From the IMG/VR virus record IMGVR_UViG_3300011339_000660, positions 1-50,748 of that record: DNA of 50,748 bases. The stretch is one strand, 5' to 3'. A program made the position numbers and the translations under genes. Positions 9,134 through 16,999 of this stretch are shown piece by piece; the stretch's first letter is position 1; every line of letters begins with the position of its first letter. The notes beneath the pieces are model-generated. The model was not told the DNA's origin and did not search any database. It saw nothing but the letters and a program-made list of their open reading frames with translations. Source of the DNA: a virus. Lineage: Duplodnaviria > Caudoviricetes.

Positions 9134-9216
9134 TAGTCAGGACAGGATTCGAACCTGTAGTACCATTAACGGAATCACGACATTGAGGTAGGTTCCACCA
9201 TTTCCGCCACCTGACT
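9134..9216 (-). ncRNA. tRNA-like element A (no anticodon arm)
   Basis: Perfect acceptor AGTCAGG/CCTGACT, TGGCGGAAATGG D-like start, perfect T-arm ACAGG-TTCGAAT-CCTGT; middle does not fold as D-stem plus anticodon arm. Confidence 0.7.
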
Positions 9217-9218
9217 AT

Positions 9219-9420
9219 GCTCCCATTTTAGGACGCGTGTAGGAGCTTTCCGTACACACTTTAAACGGGCAAACCAATACGTTCTGGATGTATCCTCCCA
9301 CTTGTTAATCTTATCCATTTACAAAAGAGACCCCATAATCATGGATAATCAGATTAACTATGTCTATACCAACCTAAGTGCATAGGTACAAGGTTTATGA
9401 GCGACTATGGGTTGAATTAT
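9219..9420 (-). ncRNA. Pseudoknotted non-coding RNA
   Basis: No ORF; long stem 9304-9358, loop pairing 9331-9340 with 9403-9413, terminal pseudoknot 9219-9259; TAACTTGC promoter-like box at ~9427-9434. Confidence 0.5.
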
Positions 9421-9465
9421 TTATCAGCAAGTTACAAACATTTTGCGAAATAACAAAATATATTT

Positions 9466-10125
9466 TTAAATATTTGACCATTGAGTTGCCATTGCTCTTG
9501 CAATTCCATTGAATGTCTTGCTTCTTAGCGTTCTTCTTTCATCCGGATCCTTGGCTTTTGCCAATGCATCTGCGTACCATTTAGGATGAGACTTACCACT
9601 CTTGAATACAGTTCTCTCTCCTTTACCAACTATATCTGTTGGAGTCAGTAGTGGTAGCCCTTTTAGCCATAAGCATGTAGTCTTAGTGGCTTCATCACCA
9701 AACATCCATGGCTGTATGATTTGGTCAGGCTTTCTGAACAGTGAACTCATAACGCCTACCGGATTCTCTATACATACCTTTTCTATATCACTATGGTACA
9801 GCCTTAGAAAGAACTCAGCTGCATCCATTCTGTCTCTTACTCTGTTTGGATACTTAGGATGTTCTCTCCTTATCTCTTTAGGAAGGTGTCTATCTTCAGG
9901 GTGGTAGTACCATTGTGCACCACTAACAGATAAGTATGTGCATGGTGGAAATGCTACCATCATATCCCATCCTTCGTGTATGACATCAAATACATCTGCT
10001 TGTATATGCCATTCCGGATGTCCACCGCTTTGTGGTAATATATCACAGCTGTATGCTTCCTGGCCTAACCTTCTGAATTCCTTACATACAGATTGACTTT
10101 CTTCGCATGCTATTAGTATTCTCAT
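9466..10125 (-). CDS. Short DNA cytosine-C5 methyltransferase
   Basis: ILIACEES (variant motif I), AFPPC catalytic motif, IENP, K.TCLW, RSKTF.GIA.AMA.QW. Confidence 0.85.
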   Translation of the reverse strand: MRILIACEESQSVCKEFRRLGQEAYSCDILPQSGGHPEWHIQADVFDVIHEGWDMMVAFPPCTYLSVSGAQWYYHPEDRHLPKEIRREHPKYPNRVRDRMDAAEFFLRLYHSDIEKVCIENPVGVMSSLFRKPDQIIQPWMFGDEATKTTCLWLKGLPLLTPTDIVGKGERTVFKSGKSHPKWYADALAKAKDPDERRTLRSKTFNGIARAMATQWSNI

Positions 10126-10742
10126 TGTGTTGATTTAAGTATTTCTAAACATAATTGTTTAGGTATCATAGATCTGTTGTAGTCTCCCTTGATACCTTGT
10201 GTACCTGTTTGTGAACCTCTAGGTGCTGCTTCATGGCATGTGTCTCCATTCTTGCAGATACTTCTAGGTATCCACTTATCTGAATTAGTCCATATATCTG
10301 TTGGCTTCATTCTCTTATCTCCATATTGACAATACGTAACAGTATGTCTTTTGTCAAAGAAATCTGTAACAGGTAGTTTCCTTAGCTTACCTCTAGGATT
10401 CTCTACAAAGTATATAAGATTAGGATTAAGCTGTTGGTAATGCTTAATTATATCTATTGTCTTTTGTACAATCTTAACCCCTAATACAGCATTATCTGTT
10501 TTAGGTGTATTGTCTATGTTCCAATGTCTTCCTATACTTGCTACTGAGAAGAATGTACATGGAGGGGATGCCCATATAATATCAGGTATGAATGGTACTT
10601 TATCTGTATCAAACTGTAGTATATCGGATACATAATTTATATCCTTAAATGCATTTATATCAGATGAATATACTTCATATCCAATATCTTCTGCTTGTTT
10701 ACCTACAGATCTACTTCCTGCGAATAACTCTAGTAATTTCAT
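10122..10742 (-). CDS. Short DNA cytosine-C5 methyltransferase
   Basis: LELFAGS motif I, WASPPC motif IV, VENP motif VI, YCQYG..KPTDIW. Confidence 0.88.
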   Translation of the reverse strand: MKLLELFAGSRSVGKQAEDIGYEVYSSDINAFKDINYVSDILQFDTDKVPFIPDIIWASPPCTFFSVASIGRHWNIDNTPKTDNAVLGVKIVQKTIDIIKHYQQLNPNLIYFVENPRGKLRKLPVTDFFDKRHTVTYCQYGDKRMKPTDIWTNSDKWIPRSICKNGDTCHEAAPRGSQTGTQGIKGDYNRSMIPKQLCLEILKSTQ

Positions 10743-10834
10743 TTGGATAATATATATAAAAGTTCTACAATGATGAGAGTCACAGCTAATGCTAATACAC
10801 CTGTTACGAATCCATGTTGGAATGATTTGTTCAT
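10739..10834 (-). CDS. 31-aa membrane peptide
   Basis: MNKSFQHGFVTGVLALAVTLIIVELLYILSK; ATGA overlap with the methyltransferase start. Confidence 0.5.
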   Translation of the reverse strand: MNKSFQHGFVTGVLALAVTLIIVELLYILSK

Positions 10835-10845
10835 ATTATTTTATT

Positions 10846-10992
10846 TTAGATTTCAACTACTATACCTTGCTGACAATTATATGCTTCATCATCAGCCTCA
10901 TCTTTACTTGTAAATACTAATGGATAACCATTCTGATCTGTGCATATTGAAGGATAAGACATATCAAATGTTTCAATTACAATGTAAGCCAT
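10846..10992 (-). CDS. 48-aa hypothetical protein
   Basis: MAYIVIETFDMSYPSICTDQNGYPLVFTSKDEADDEAYNCQQGIVVEI, A-rich start context. Confidence 0.55.
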   Translation of the reverse strand: MAYIVIETFDMSYPSICTDQNGYPLVFTSKDEADDEAYNCQQGIVVEI

Positions 10993-11027
10993 ATTGTTTT
11001 ATTTAGTGTTGTTAATTATACAGTCCA

Positions 11028-11280
11028 GAACTTAGATTGGAATTAGGAGGTCAGAAAAGAGAAGTTAACCTCCCCTCCCAAAAGAGATTAACCTCCTTCC
11101 CTGACCATAACAGTCCGTCACTTGAGTTGTAAACCAGGTAGGCTGTATAGGGTTAAGAAGTTACCATCACCACTATACATTTAACAGGATACTTAGGAAT
11201 CTTTTTCAAGGCTAAGTATTTATAATTCCTTATGCTCGGAACTTAGAGGGGTAGACGACTACTTACTAGTCAATCTAATT
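11028..11280 (-). ncRNA. Multibranch structured element (RNA or ssDNA)
   Basis: GGAATTA/TAATTCC closing stem enclosing three hairpins, flanked by a 9-nt direct repeat. Confidence 0.4.
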
Positions 11281-11376
11281 AAAAAACCCACACAGAGGGA
11301 AGCTGTATGGGTCTAATAAAAGCAGGTTTGCTTAAATCAAACCCGATTAAATACTTCCCTTATCTAATCGGACTGA
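11281..11376 (-). ncRNA. Kissing-loop small RNA / attenuator with terminator
   Basis: Hairpin 11343-11371 loop AGGGAAG is complementary to terminator loop CTTCCCT (11286-11312, followed by T6). Confidence 0.6.
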
Positions 11377-11381
11377 CATAG

Positions 11382-11389
11382 CAAAGATA
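11382..11389 (-). promoter_or_regulatory. Bacteroidota -7 promoter box TATCTTTG
   Basis: Exact TAnnTTTG directly upstream of the kissing-loop RNA. Confidence 0.7.
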
Positions 11390-11416
11390 ATAACATTTCA
11401 GATATATCCAAAAATA

Positions 11417-11671
11417 TTATTGTACAAGAGCATCAATGTCTACGCCATAATCATTTAATACATTTATGATATGAGCATAGACTAAATCAACAGCATCGTA
11501 AGGAGTAACCTTATCTTCTCCAAGATGCTCTATCCTGTTCTCTACACTACTGCGTGTATTGTTTACTATCTGTAGGATAGCTAGGGCTAAGTCTGTTGAC
11601 CTTACAGCCCTAAGATGGTCATACCTGTCGTCAATGTTTGTCAAATCAAATGTCAGTGTTGCTGTTGCCAT
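11417..11671 (-). CDS. Hypothetical protein
   Basis: 84 aa, MATATLTFDL... Confidence 0.7.
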   Translation of the reverse strand: MATATLTFDLTNIDDRYDHLRAVRSTDLALAILQIVNNTRSSVENRIEHLGEDKVTPYDAVDLVYAHIINVLNDYGVDIDALVQ

Positions 11672-11712
11672 GGTTCTTGGTTTTTGTTTATTATTAATGA
11701 TTCACACAATAA

Positions 11713-11770
11713 GTACGTAAAAGTGTGATATTTTACACATTTATGTACGTAAAAGTGTGATAAGTTACAC
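11713..11770. repeat. Tandem direct repeat GTACGTAAAAGTGTGATA x2 (32-nt period)
   Basis: Exact copies at 11713-11730 and 11745-11762, each followed by nnTTACAC. Confidence 0.85.
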
Positions 11771-11944
11771 TATTCCGAACATATCGTATTCTCTCTTATC
11801 CTTCTCTCTCTTTTTCTTGTAGTCGCTTTCACAAGCCTTACAGTATACGGATAACCTATCTGATGTAGCTGATGACCTGTTGAACATTTTCCGGTCCTTA
11901 ATAGTTTTACACCTTGGACATTTCTTACTTTGTGTCTCGCTCAT
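11765..11944 (-). CDS. 59-aa zinc-finger protein
   Basis: KKCPRCK...F...S..D.L..YCKAC; below track cutoff. Confidence 0.65.
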   Translation of the reverse strand: MSETQSKKCPRCKTIKDRKMFNRSSATSDRLSVYCKACESDYKKKREKDKREYDMFGIV

Positions 11945-12125
11945 GTTTTACAGATTGTGGTTGTTTTGTTTTACATTTTGAGCAGTATTGAGGTGGCATT
12001 TCAATGTGCCATTTTATGGCCCGTATTTCTTCATCTGTGAAGTCTTTACCCGTCTTCATTATAACTCTACAACTAGAGCATAGCAAAGCACCAAGTCCAC
12101 CATTGTATTTGAATATTGCCTTCAT
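11925..12125 (-). CDS. Zinc-ribbon protein
   Basis: KYNGG.GALLCSSC...YCSKC. Confidence 0.65.
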   Translation of the reverse strand: MKAIFKYNGGLGALLCSSCRVIMKTGKDFTDEEIRAIKWHIEMPPQYCSKCKTKQPQSVKHERDTK

Positions 12126-12136
12126 ATTGAGTAAAT

Positions 12137-12367
12137 TTACTCATTACCTTGAGTAAAGGTTTCGTTGTAGTATTGTTCTGCACTTTTTAAAGTCATATCT
12201 TGAGGATATTTACATCCTTCATCATAGCCTCTATCAACTGCGTTCATTATCTGCTCCTTCTCTAACTTTAGCGACATATCTCTTGCGTCATTAAGATTAA
12301 ATCCATCTTCGTGACAATTTGCATCAATCCAATCCCATAGTGTCTGCATTGCTGTTTGTTGTGCCAT
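12137..12367 (-). CDS. Small protein, QTA...EKEQI...EQYYNETF type
   Basis: 76-aa ORF with ATAAACTATG start context shared with neighbours. Confidence 0.7.
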   Translation of the reverse strand: MAQQTAMQTLWDWIDANCHEDGFNLNDARDMSLKLEKEQIMNAVDRGYDEGCKYPQDMTLKSAEQYYNETFTQGNE

Positions 12368-12370
12368 AGT

Positions 12371-12688
12371 TTATTTGTTATAAGTTAATTGACTTTGCAT
12401 CCACAATGCACCTCTTGAAAATCCATCTGTGAACGTGCATTCATTTGTTAAATCAAAATTGTCTTTATTGTACTACTTCCAATCATTAAATCTTTTCATC
12501 GCTATTTCTTCTTTAGTTACTATTACAGTTGGATTAGAATGTGGTATTGAATGGTTTCTTTCAATAGCCTCAAGTGCGTCTAATTGATATTGAAATGCAC
12601 TTATCTCTGCGTTTAGGATTATCTTATCTTTTTGTAAGTTGCTTAGGTGATTTTTGATATCGCTAATTGCTCTTTCTATTTTGTTCAT
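12371..12688 (-). pseudogene. ORF interrupted by in-frame TAG (12473-12475)
   Basis: Frame stays open 33 codons past the TAG and encodes GFSRGALWMQSQL, the C-terminal motif of neighbouring paralogues. Confidence 0.65.
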
Positions 12689-12780
12689 AGTTTATCTTTT
12701 ATTTGTTTTAAAATATCAACAATATCTTTTAATGCTATTGTTATAAAAATGCTGCCTACAAATATTGCTACTGATGTCAT
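12685..12780 (-). CDS. 31-aa membrane peptide
   Basis: MTSVAIFVGSIFITIALKDIVDILKQIKDKL; ATGA overlap. Confidence 0.45.
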   Translation of the reverse strand: MTSVAIFVGSIFITIALKDIVDILKQIKDKL

Positions 12781-12784
12781 AAAT

Positions 12785-13012
12785 TTAAATTTGATATCCT
12801 TCAGGATACTTTGTTTGTACTTGCTGAACATCACCACCTTTAGATAGTGTGGATTCTCCACAACTTTTACATTTCATTCGAGGTATAACATTTACATGAA
12901 AGTTATAGTCATCATATCCTGATACATTCTTTTCTATATGATTGCAAAATTCACATTCATAAGTTCCCCAAAAATCTCTTCGCATTTGTTCTGTAACTTT
13001 TTGTAGTTTCAT
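12785..13012 (-). CDS. Zinc-ribbon protein
   Basis: RRDF...ECEFC..GYDD..FH..VIP.MKCKSCG; start moved to MKLQKV. Confidence 0.7.
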   Translation of the reverse strand: MKLQKVTEQMRRDFWGTYECEFCNHIEKNVSGYDDYNFHVNVIPRMKCKSCGESTLSKGGDVQQVQTKYPEGYQI

Positions 13013-13078
13013 GTTATTATGGTTTAAGTGCTTTAATAATTTCATCCTCTGACATATAATAATCGTTTGAGATCCATT

Positions 13079-13357
13079 CTACTGCTGTCTGTGCCATAGT
13101 TTATTCTGATTTAGTATTTTATCTCTCATCCATTTAGCACCATTAGACCAATCTTCATTTGGTGGTATCTCCATATCTTTTGTCACTTCCCTATACCCCC
13201 AAGATTGTTCCTCTATCTCATCATCACTTGGTAGTTCTATTGGAGTAACATATTCATCAATATATTTCATAATATGTTCAGCATCAATCATAGATACCTC
13301 GCATTTCTCTGCTGCTATTAGAAACATTTCTTTTGTGTATAGTTTTTGTTCTGTCAT
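13079..13357 (-). CDS. Small modular protein (KLYT..TPIELPSD..GA.WMR)
   Basis: Paralogous motifs with 13384-13695. Confidence 0.7.
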   Translation of the reverse strand: MTEQKLYTKEMFLIAAEKCEVSMIDAEHIMKYIDEYVTPIELPSDDEIEEQSWGYREVTKDMEIPPNEDWSNGAKWMRDKILNQNKLWHRQQ

Positions 13358-13383
13358 AGTTATTTAATTTTAAGTTTACCGTG

Positions 13384-13695
13384 TTATTTAATTTTATTAA
13401 GTATTTGGTTTCTCATCCAAGATGCACCCCTTTCAAAAAAGTCTTTTTCTATCAAAACCCAACCCCTCAAACTTTCAATTTTATTTTCTATATCCTCATC
13501 ACTCGGTATTCCTATTGGCGTTAGTTCATTCATTAGGCTCTCCTCAGTATCACCCTCATGGAAATCTTGCCAAAATGCTTTTTTAAGCAATTTTCTTACC
13601 TGCTCTTCTGTATATAGTTTTACAGATACTTGTCTATTCTTCTTTACTAAAGCATCCCATTCTTCTGGTGTGCCATTAAATTGCATGTATTCCAT
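13384..13695 (-). CDS. Small modular protein (KLYT..TPI..PSD..GA.WMR)
   Basis: Paralogous motifs with 13079-13357. Confidence 0.7.
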   Translation of the reverse strand: MEYMQFNGTPEEWDALVKKNRQVSVKLYTEEQVRKLLKKAFWQDFHEGDTEESLMNELTPIGIPSDEDIENKIESLRGWVLIEKDFFERGASWMRNQILNKIK

Positions 13696-13698
13696 AGT

Positions 13699-14034
13699 TT
13701 ATTTGTTTAATTTTTCTAATTCTTCTTGCAGTCTTTTAAGAAACGATTCCTCACCATCATCACCAGACAGCAGGTAATCAATACGATGCGAGTATATAGC
13801 TGCCTTACGAAGGATGACAACAGCTTCCTTGAACTTCTCTATCACCTCGTCAGGATACTTGTAGTGGCTCAATTCTTCTGGGTATTTCTCAAACCATTCT
13901 GGGTCTCTATAATATCCATCGTCACTAAGCTCTTCCCTAGTCTTAGGTCTTCCGTTCTGCTCTATGTAATGCTCCACGATTTCAGCCATGTAGGCTATCT
14001 TATGCTGGTCGTAGTTGAATTTTCCTCCACTCAT
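13699..14034 (-). CDS. Hypothetical protein
   Basis: MSGGKFNY...HRIDYLLSGDDGEESF; ATGA overlap supports the start. Confidence 0.75.
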   Translation of the reverse strand: MSGGKFNYDQHKIAYMAEIVEHYIEQNGRPKTREELSDDGYYRDPEWFEKYPEELSHYKYPDEVIEKFKEAVVILRKAAIYSHRIDYLLSGDDGEESFLKRLQEELEKLNK

Positions 14035-14228
14035 GCTTTTTGTATTTCTTCTTTTACTTCTGTCCAATAGTTTACTCTTGCTTCAATTACATCCATTGAA
14101 ACTGATGGTTCTATGTTTGCAATTATCTCGTCAACAGCTACAAGCGAACACTCAATAGCCACTCTTTTACTAACTACCTTACTCATGTATTTAACTATTA
14201 AATACGCTGCTTTTTGATTAGGATTCAT
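14031..14228 (-). CDS. Hypothetical protein
   Basis: M.P..KA..L...A.....AVDEII...YW.EVKEEI. Confidence 0.7.
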   Translation of the reverse strand: MNPNQKAAYLIVKYMSKVVSKRVAIECSLVAVDEIIANIEPSVSMDVIEARVNYWTEVKEEIQKA

Positions 14229-14292
14229 GTTGTTTATTTATTTTGATTATTACGGTGGTATACTACTTTATCTGACATTTTATTAAACTGAT

Positions 14293-14400
14293 TCATAGTA
14301 CACCATTGATTACTAAGTGAAGTATTAGTATCCCAGCAACTCCACCAATGGCAAACCCTACAAGGAATCCGTCCATAAACTTTTCGTGCTTGTCTTCCAT
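14293..14400 (-). CDS. 35-aa membrane peptide
   Basis: MEDKHEKFMDGFLVGFAIGGVAGILILHLVINGVL. Confidence 0.45.
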   Translation of the reverse strand: MEDKHEKFMDGFLVGFAIGGVAGILILHLVINGVL

Positions 14401-14452
14401 AATTTGTCTTTTAGGTGCACAAAACGTGCGTTTTTAGTACTTATAATACAAG

Positions 14453-15136
14453 TTATAGCTCAATAATGTTCCCGAACGATGTCAGCCCAAGGTCAAACTT
14501 CCCGTCATCCACGCATGATCCATTGGAGAATATGGTGTTGGTCTTGCTAAACCTTGACACCCCCTGATTGTATATGCCGTCCATGTTGTGGATGTGACCA
14601 AACAGGTGAGCCTTCGGAGGGTGCTTGAATATCCACTTCATTAGGGAACTATCTCCGCACTGTTTTACATCTCCAAAATTATCTTCTGTAAGGTCTCTAA
14701 CTCCCTTTCCAGGCCCATGGGTGACAAGTATGTCAATGTCTGTAGGCATGTGTTCCCACATCCTGTTTATCTTATCCCTAGCCTTCATGAATGACCACTC
14801 CCCAAATGTTGGTGTGTATGGTGAGCCGAATATCTTTAGCCCATCAATAGTAACTTCTTCATGCTCTAGGTATATTAACCCACGATCAGTGAAGCTATCC
14901 TTATGGTATATCCTCTTCTCAATAGATGTGTCGTGATTACCTGCAACGTATATCTTATACTTTACGGGTATGGTCATGTACCACTCTATGAATCCGAATA
15001 CCTCAAGAGAGTTCCTTGCCACGTCTCTGTAGTTAGAACAGTCCCCTGAATGTATTACCATATCAATCCCATCCCATCTATTCCATGGGATGTGCTTATG
15101 AAACCCGTGCGTGTCGCTGATATGCAGTATCTTCAT
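14453..15136 (-). CDS. Calcineurin-like metallophosphoesterase
   Basis: ISDTHG, HSGD, AGNHD, THGP, FGHIH. Confidence 0.92.
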   Translation of the reverse strand: MKILHISDTHGFHKHIPWNRWDGIDMVIHSGDCSNYRDVARNSLEVFGFIEWYMTIPVKYKIYVAGNHDTSIEKRIYHKDSFTDRGLIYLEHEEVTIDGLKIFGSPYTPTFGEWSFMKARDKINRMWEHMPTDIDILVTHGPGKGVRDLTEDNFGDVKQCGDSSLMKWIFKHPPKAHLFGHIHNMDGIYNQGVSRFSKTNTIFSNGSCVDDGKFDLGLTSFGNIIEL

Positions 15137-15330
15137 TTGAAATAACTTTTAAGGATTTCTTGCATATATGTATCTGCATGTATTTCTAGTGCATCTACAA
15201 GAATCTTTATGTCAAATTCTATAGGCCCATACTCTTCATCTGAACAGTCAAACCTAACTACGTTTCCATCAAGTTCTATATATGCCTGTCTGCTGTATTT
15301 GGCTTCTCCTTTGAATATTGGCGTTTTCAT
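15133..15330 (-). CDS. Hypothetical protein
   Basis: 65 aa with ATGA overlaps on both sides. Confidence 0.65.
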   Translation of the reverse strand: MKTPIFKGEAKYSRQAYIELDGNVVRFDCSDEEYGPIEFDIKILVDALEIHADTYMQEILKSYFK

Positions 15331-15965
15331 GCTATGAGAGTTTTAAACATTACTCCTACTTTAACATTAAATTCTTCCATAGTTCCTGAGTTATCTATTC
15401 TATAATCAAAGTTCCACTTATCAAGAGCCGTCTCTGATGGGTGACTATTGATAGGTTCTAGTCCAGGTCTGTCTACCCTTATAACAAAACCTCCTTTATC
15501 TTTTATGGCCTTTGCCTCATTAGGGAATCTTGTATCTGTGATAACCCACTTAGACGCATCCTTGTCCTGACGCGTGTCCCCAATATAGCCGGAGAACTTC
15601 TCACTCCTATAATCAGACATCAATGCATTTACCCAAGCATTAGGATGAAGCCCATCTCTTATGGCATCAGTTCCTAATTTCTGTAGTAGTTCTCTTATTG
15701 ACATCATCTCAACAAACTCAATGTCACTAAATGGTGTGATGGAGTTCAATGGATTGGGTCTAACAGTACTCCATTCGCTGCCCAAGTATGTATTCTTAGC
15801 ATCTCCATCTTCAAATAGATGCACAGGTAGTCCAGTTAGGATACTAGCTATAGTCTTTAGCTTGCCCGCCCATTTCTTTATTACCCAACCGCTATCTATC
15901 CGCTGAATCATAAGACCTACGGTGTCCTTACCGGATCCGGCATAACCTGATACTCCAATAATCAT
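15327..15965 (-). CDS. Deoxynucleoside monophosphate kinase
   Basis: MIIGVSGYAGSGKDT P-loop, RELLQKLGTD, ITDTRFPNE, HPSE. Confidence 0.9.
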   Translation of the reverse strand: MIIGVSGYAGSGKDTVGLMIQRIDSGWVIKKWAGKLKTIASILTGLPVHLFEDGDAKNTYLGSEWSTVRPNPLNSITPFSDIEFVEMMSIRELLQKLGTDAIRDGLHPNAWVNALMSDYRSEKFSGYIGDTRQDKDASKWVITDTRFPNEAKAIKDKGGFVIRVDRPGLEPINSHPSETALDKWNFDYRIDNSGTMEEFNVKVGVMFKTLIA

Positions 15966-15975
15966 AGTGTGTGTT

Positions 15976-16398
15976 TTATTCGTAAGAGATTTTAATGTTT
16001 CCTTGCTTGATAAGGTCATACTTCTTAGCTAGTTCTACTATAGACTTATAGACCTCCGGATATACATCCAACCATCCACTACATACCTTAATGCTATGCA
16101 TTAGTGTGCTGTGTTGTTTTAGGTTAAGCATCCTGAATATCTTATTCATAGTCAACCCCTCTTCTTGTACAAGCATATACCTAAACCATATCTTCTCGTA
16201 TGAGTTTCTCTGTCTACCATTAGAGAATAGTATTTCTCTGTCTATGCTGAAATGTTCCGCTATAGCAGATGCCCACTTGTCTACGCGCGGATCATCAGAG
16301 TCTATGTCAGCAGACCTATACTCATGAACATGAACAGACTTGCCATACTTTTTATATATGAACTTCTTGAAATCATCTACGTCATTCCTGTACGCCAT
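15976..16398 (-). CDS. DnaA domain IV-like HTH protein
   Basis: IAEHFSI....L.S.GR....T..KI...LN.KQHSTLMHSI matches the DnaA C-terminal domain pattern. Confidence 0.65.
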   Translation of the reverse strand: MAYRNDVDDFKKFIYKKYGKSVHVHEYRSADIDSDDPRVDKWASAIAEHFSIDREILFSNGRQRNSYEKIWFRYMLVQEEGLTMNKIFRMLNLKQHSTLMHSIKVCSGWLDVYPEVYKSIVELAKKYDLIKQGNIKISYE

Positions 16399-16597
16399 CT
16401 TTTATCTTTTGATAATTGTTTAATAAGTCTATCGCCTTGTAGTCTATGTCTTCCTGAATCCACCCCTTGCTGTTGACGAGCATATCGATTATCATTAACC
16501 TCATCATGTCATTCATCTTCTTGTGTGAATTCCTAGACCTATTTACCTTGTTGAAGACGCTTGATAGATTTGCTAGTTTATCTTCGCATGTATTCAT
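16382..16597 (-). CDS. Hypothetical protein
   Basis: 71-aa ORF in operon. Confidence 0.6.
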   Translation of the reverse strand: MNTCEDKLANLSSVFNKVNRSRNSHKKMNDMMRLMIIDMLVNSKGWIQEDIDYKAIDLLNNYQKIKDGVQE

Positions 16598-16818
16598 ATT
16601 ATTTGAAATTTACCATAGGGATATATATCCACCACTCTTATTAATCCTACCTTATACTCTGTTATCCTATAGTTCTCAGATACAATAGACCTAAACTCCT
16701 TGCTATGCTCAGGCATCGTTGTCCAATCTAGTACAGCCAAGCAAGATACCTTAGAGTATTCTTCATGCACCATTAAAGCCTCACAGGCGTTCCTTAATGC
16801 TATTAGGGAGTAGTTCAT
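16594..16818 (-). CDS. Hypothetical protein
   Basis: 74-aa ORF in operon. Confidence 0.6.
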   Translation of the reverse strand: MNYSLIALRNACEALMVHEEYSKVSCLAVLDWTTMPEHSKEFRSIVSENYRITEYKVGLIRVVDIYPYGKFQII

Positions 16819-16984
16819 TTACCATTTTATTATATGTTTCTTTCTGACCCATTACATACCCCTTGTAGAAGCACAGCTTTATAAGACTTGGGTGTATGTC
16901 GGGTAAATTGTACGTTGCATCAAAGTCGGATTTGAACTTCTCGTAAGCCATCTCCATTCCGGTGGATATTTCCGTATTAGTCAT
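16781..16984 (-). CDS. Hypothetical protein
   Basis: 67 aa, AAACACAC-ATG start context. Confidence 0.65.
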   Translation of the reverse strand: MTNTEISTGMEMAYEKFKSDFDATYNLPDIHPSLIKLCFYKGYVMGQKETYNKMVNELLPNSIKERL

Positions 16985-16999
16985 GTGTGTTTATTTATT

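Noticed and set aside
9134-9216. Element A as an amber suppressor tRNA (contains CTA)
   Set aside because: A CTA-centred loop would lack U33 and purine 37, the stem has a mismatch and the D-stem is incomplete
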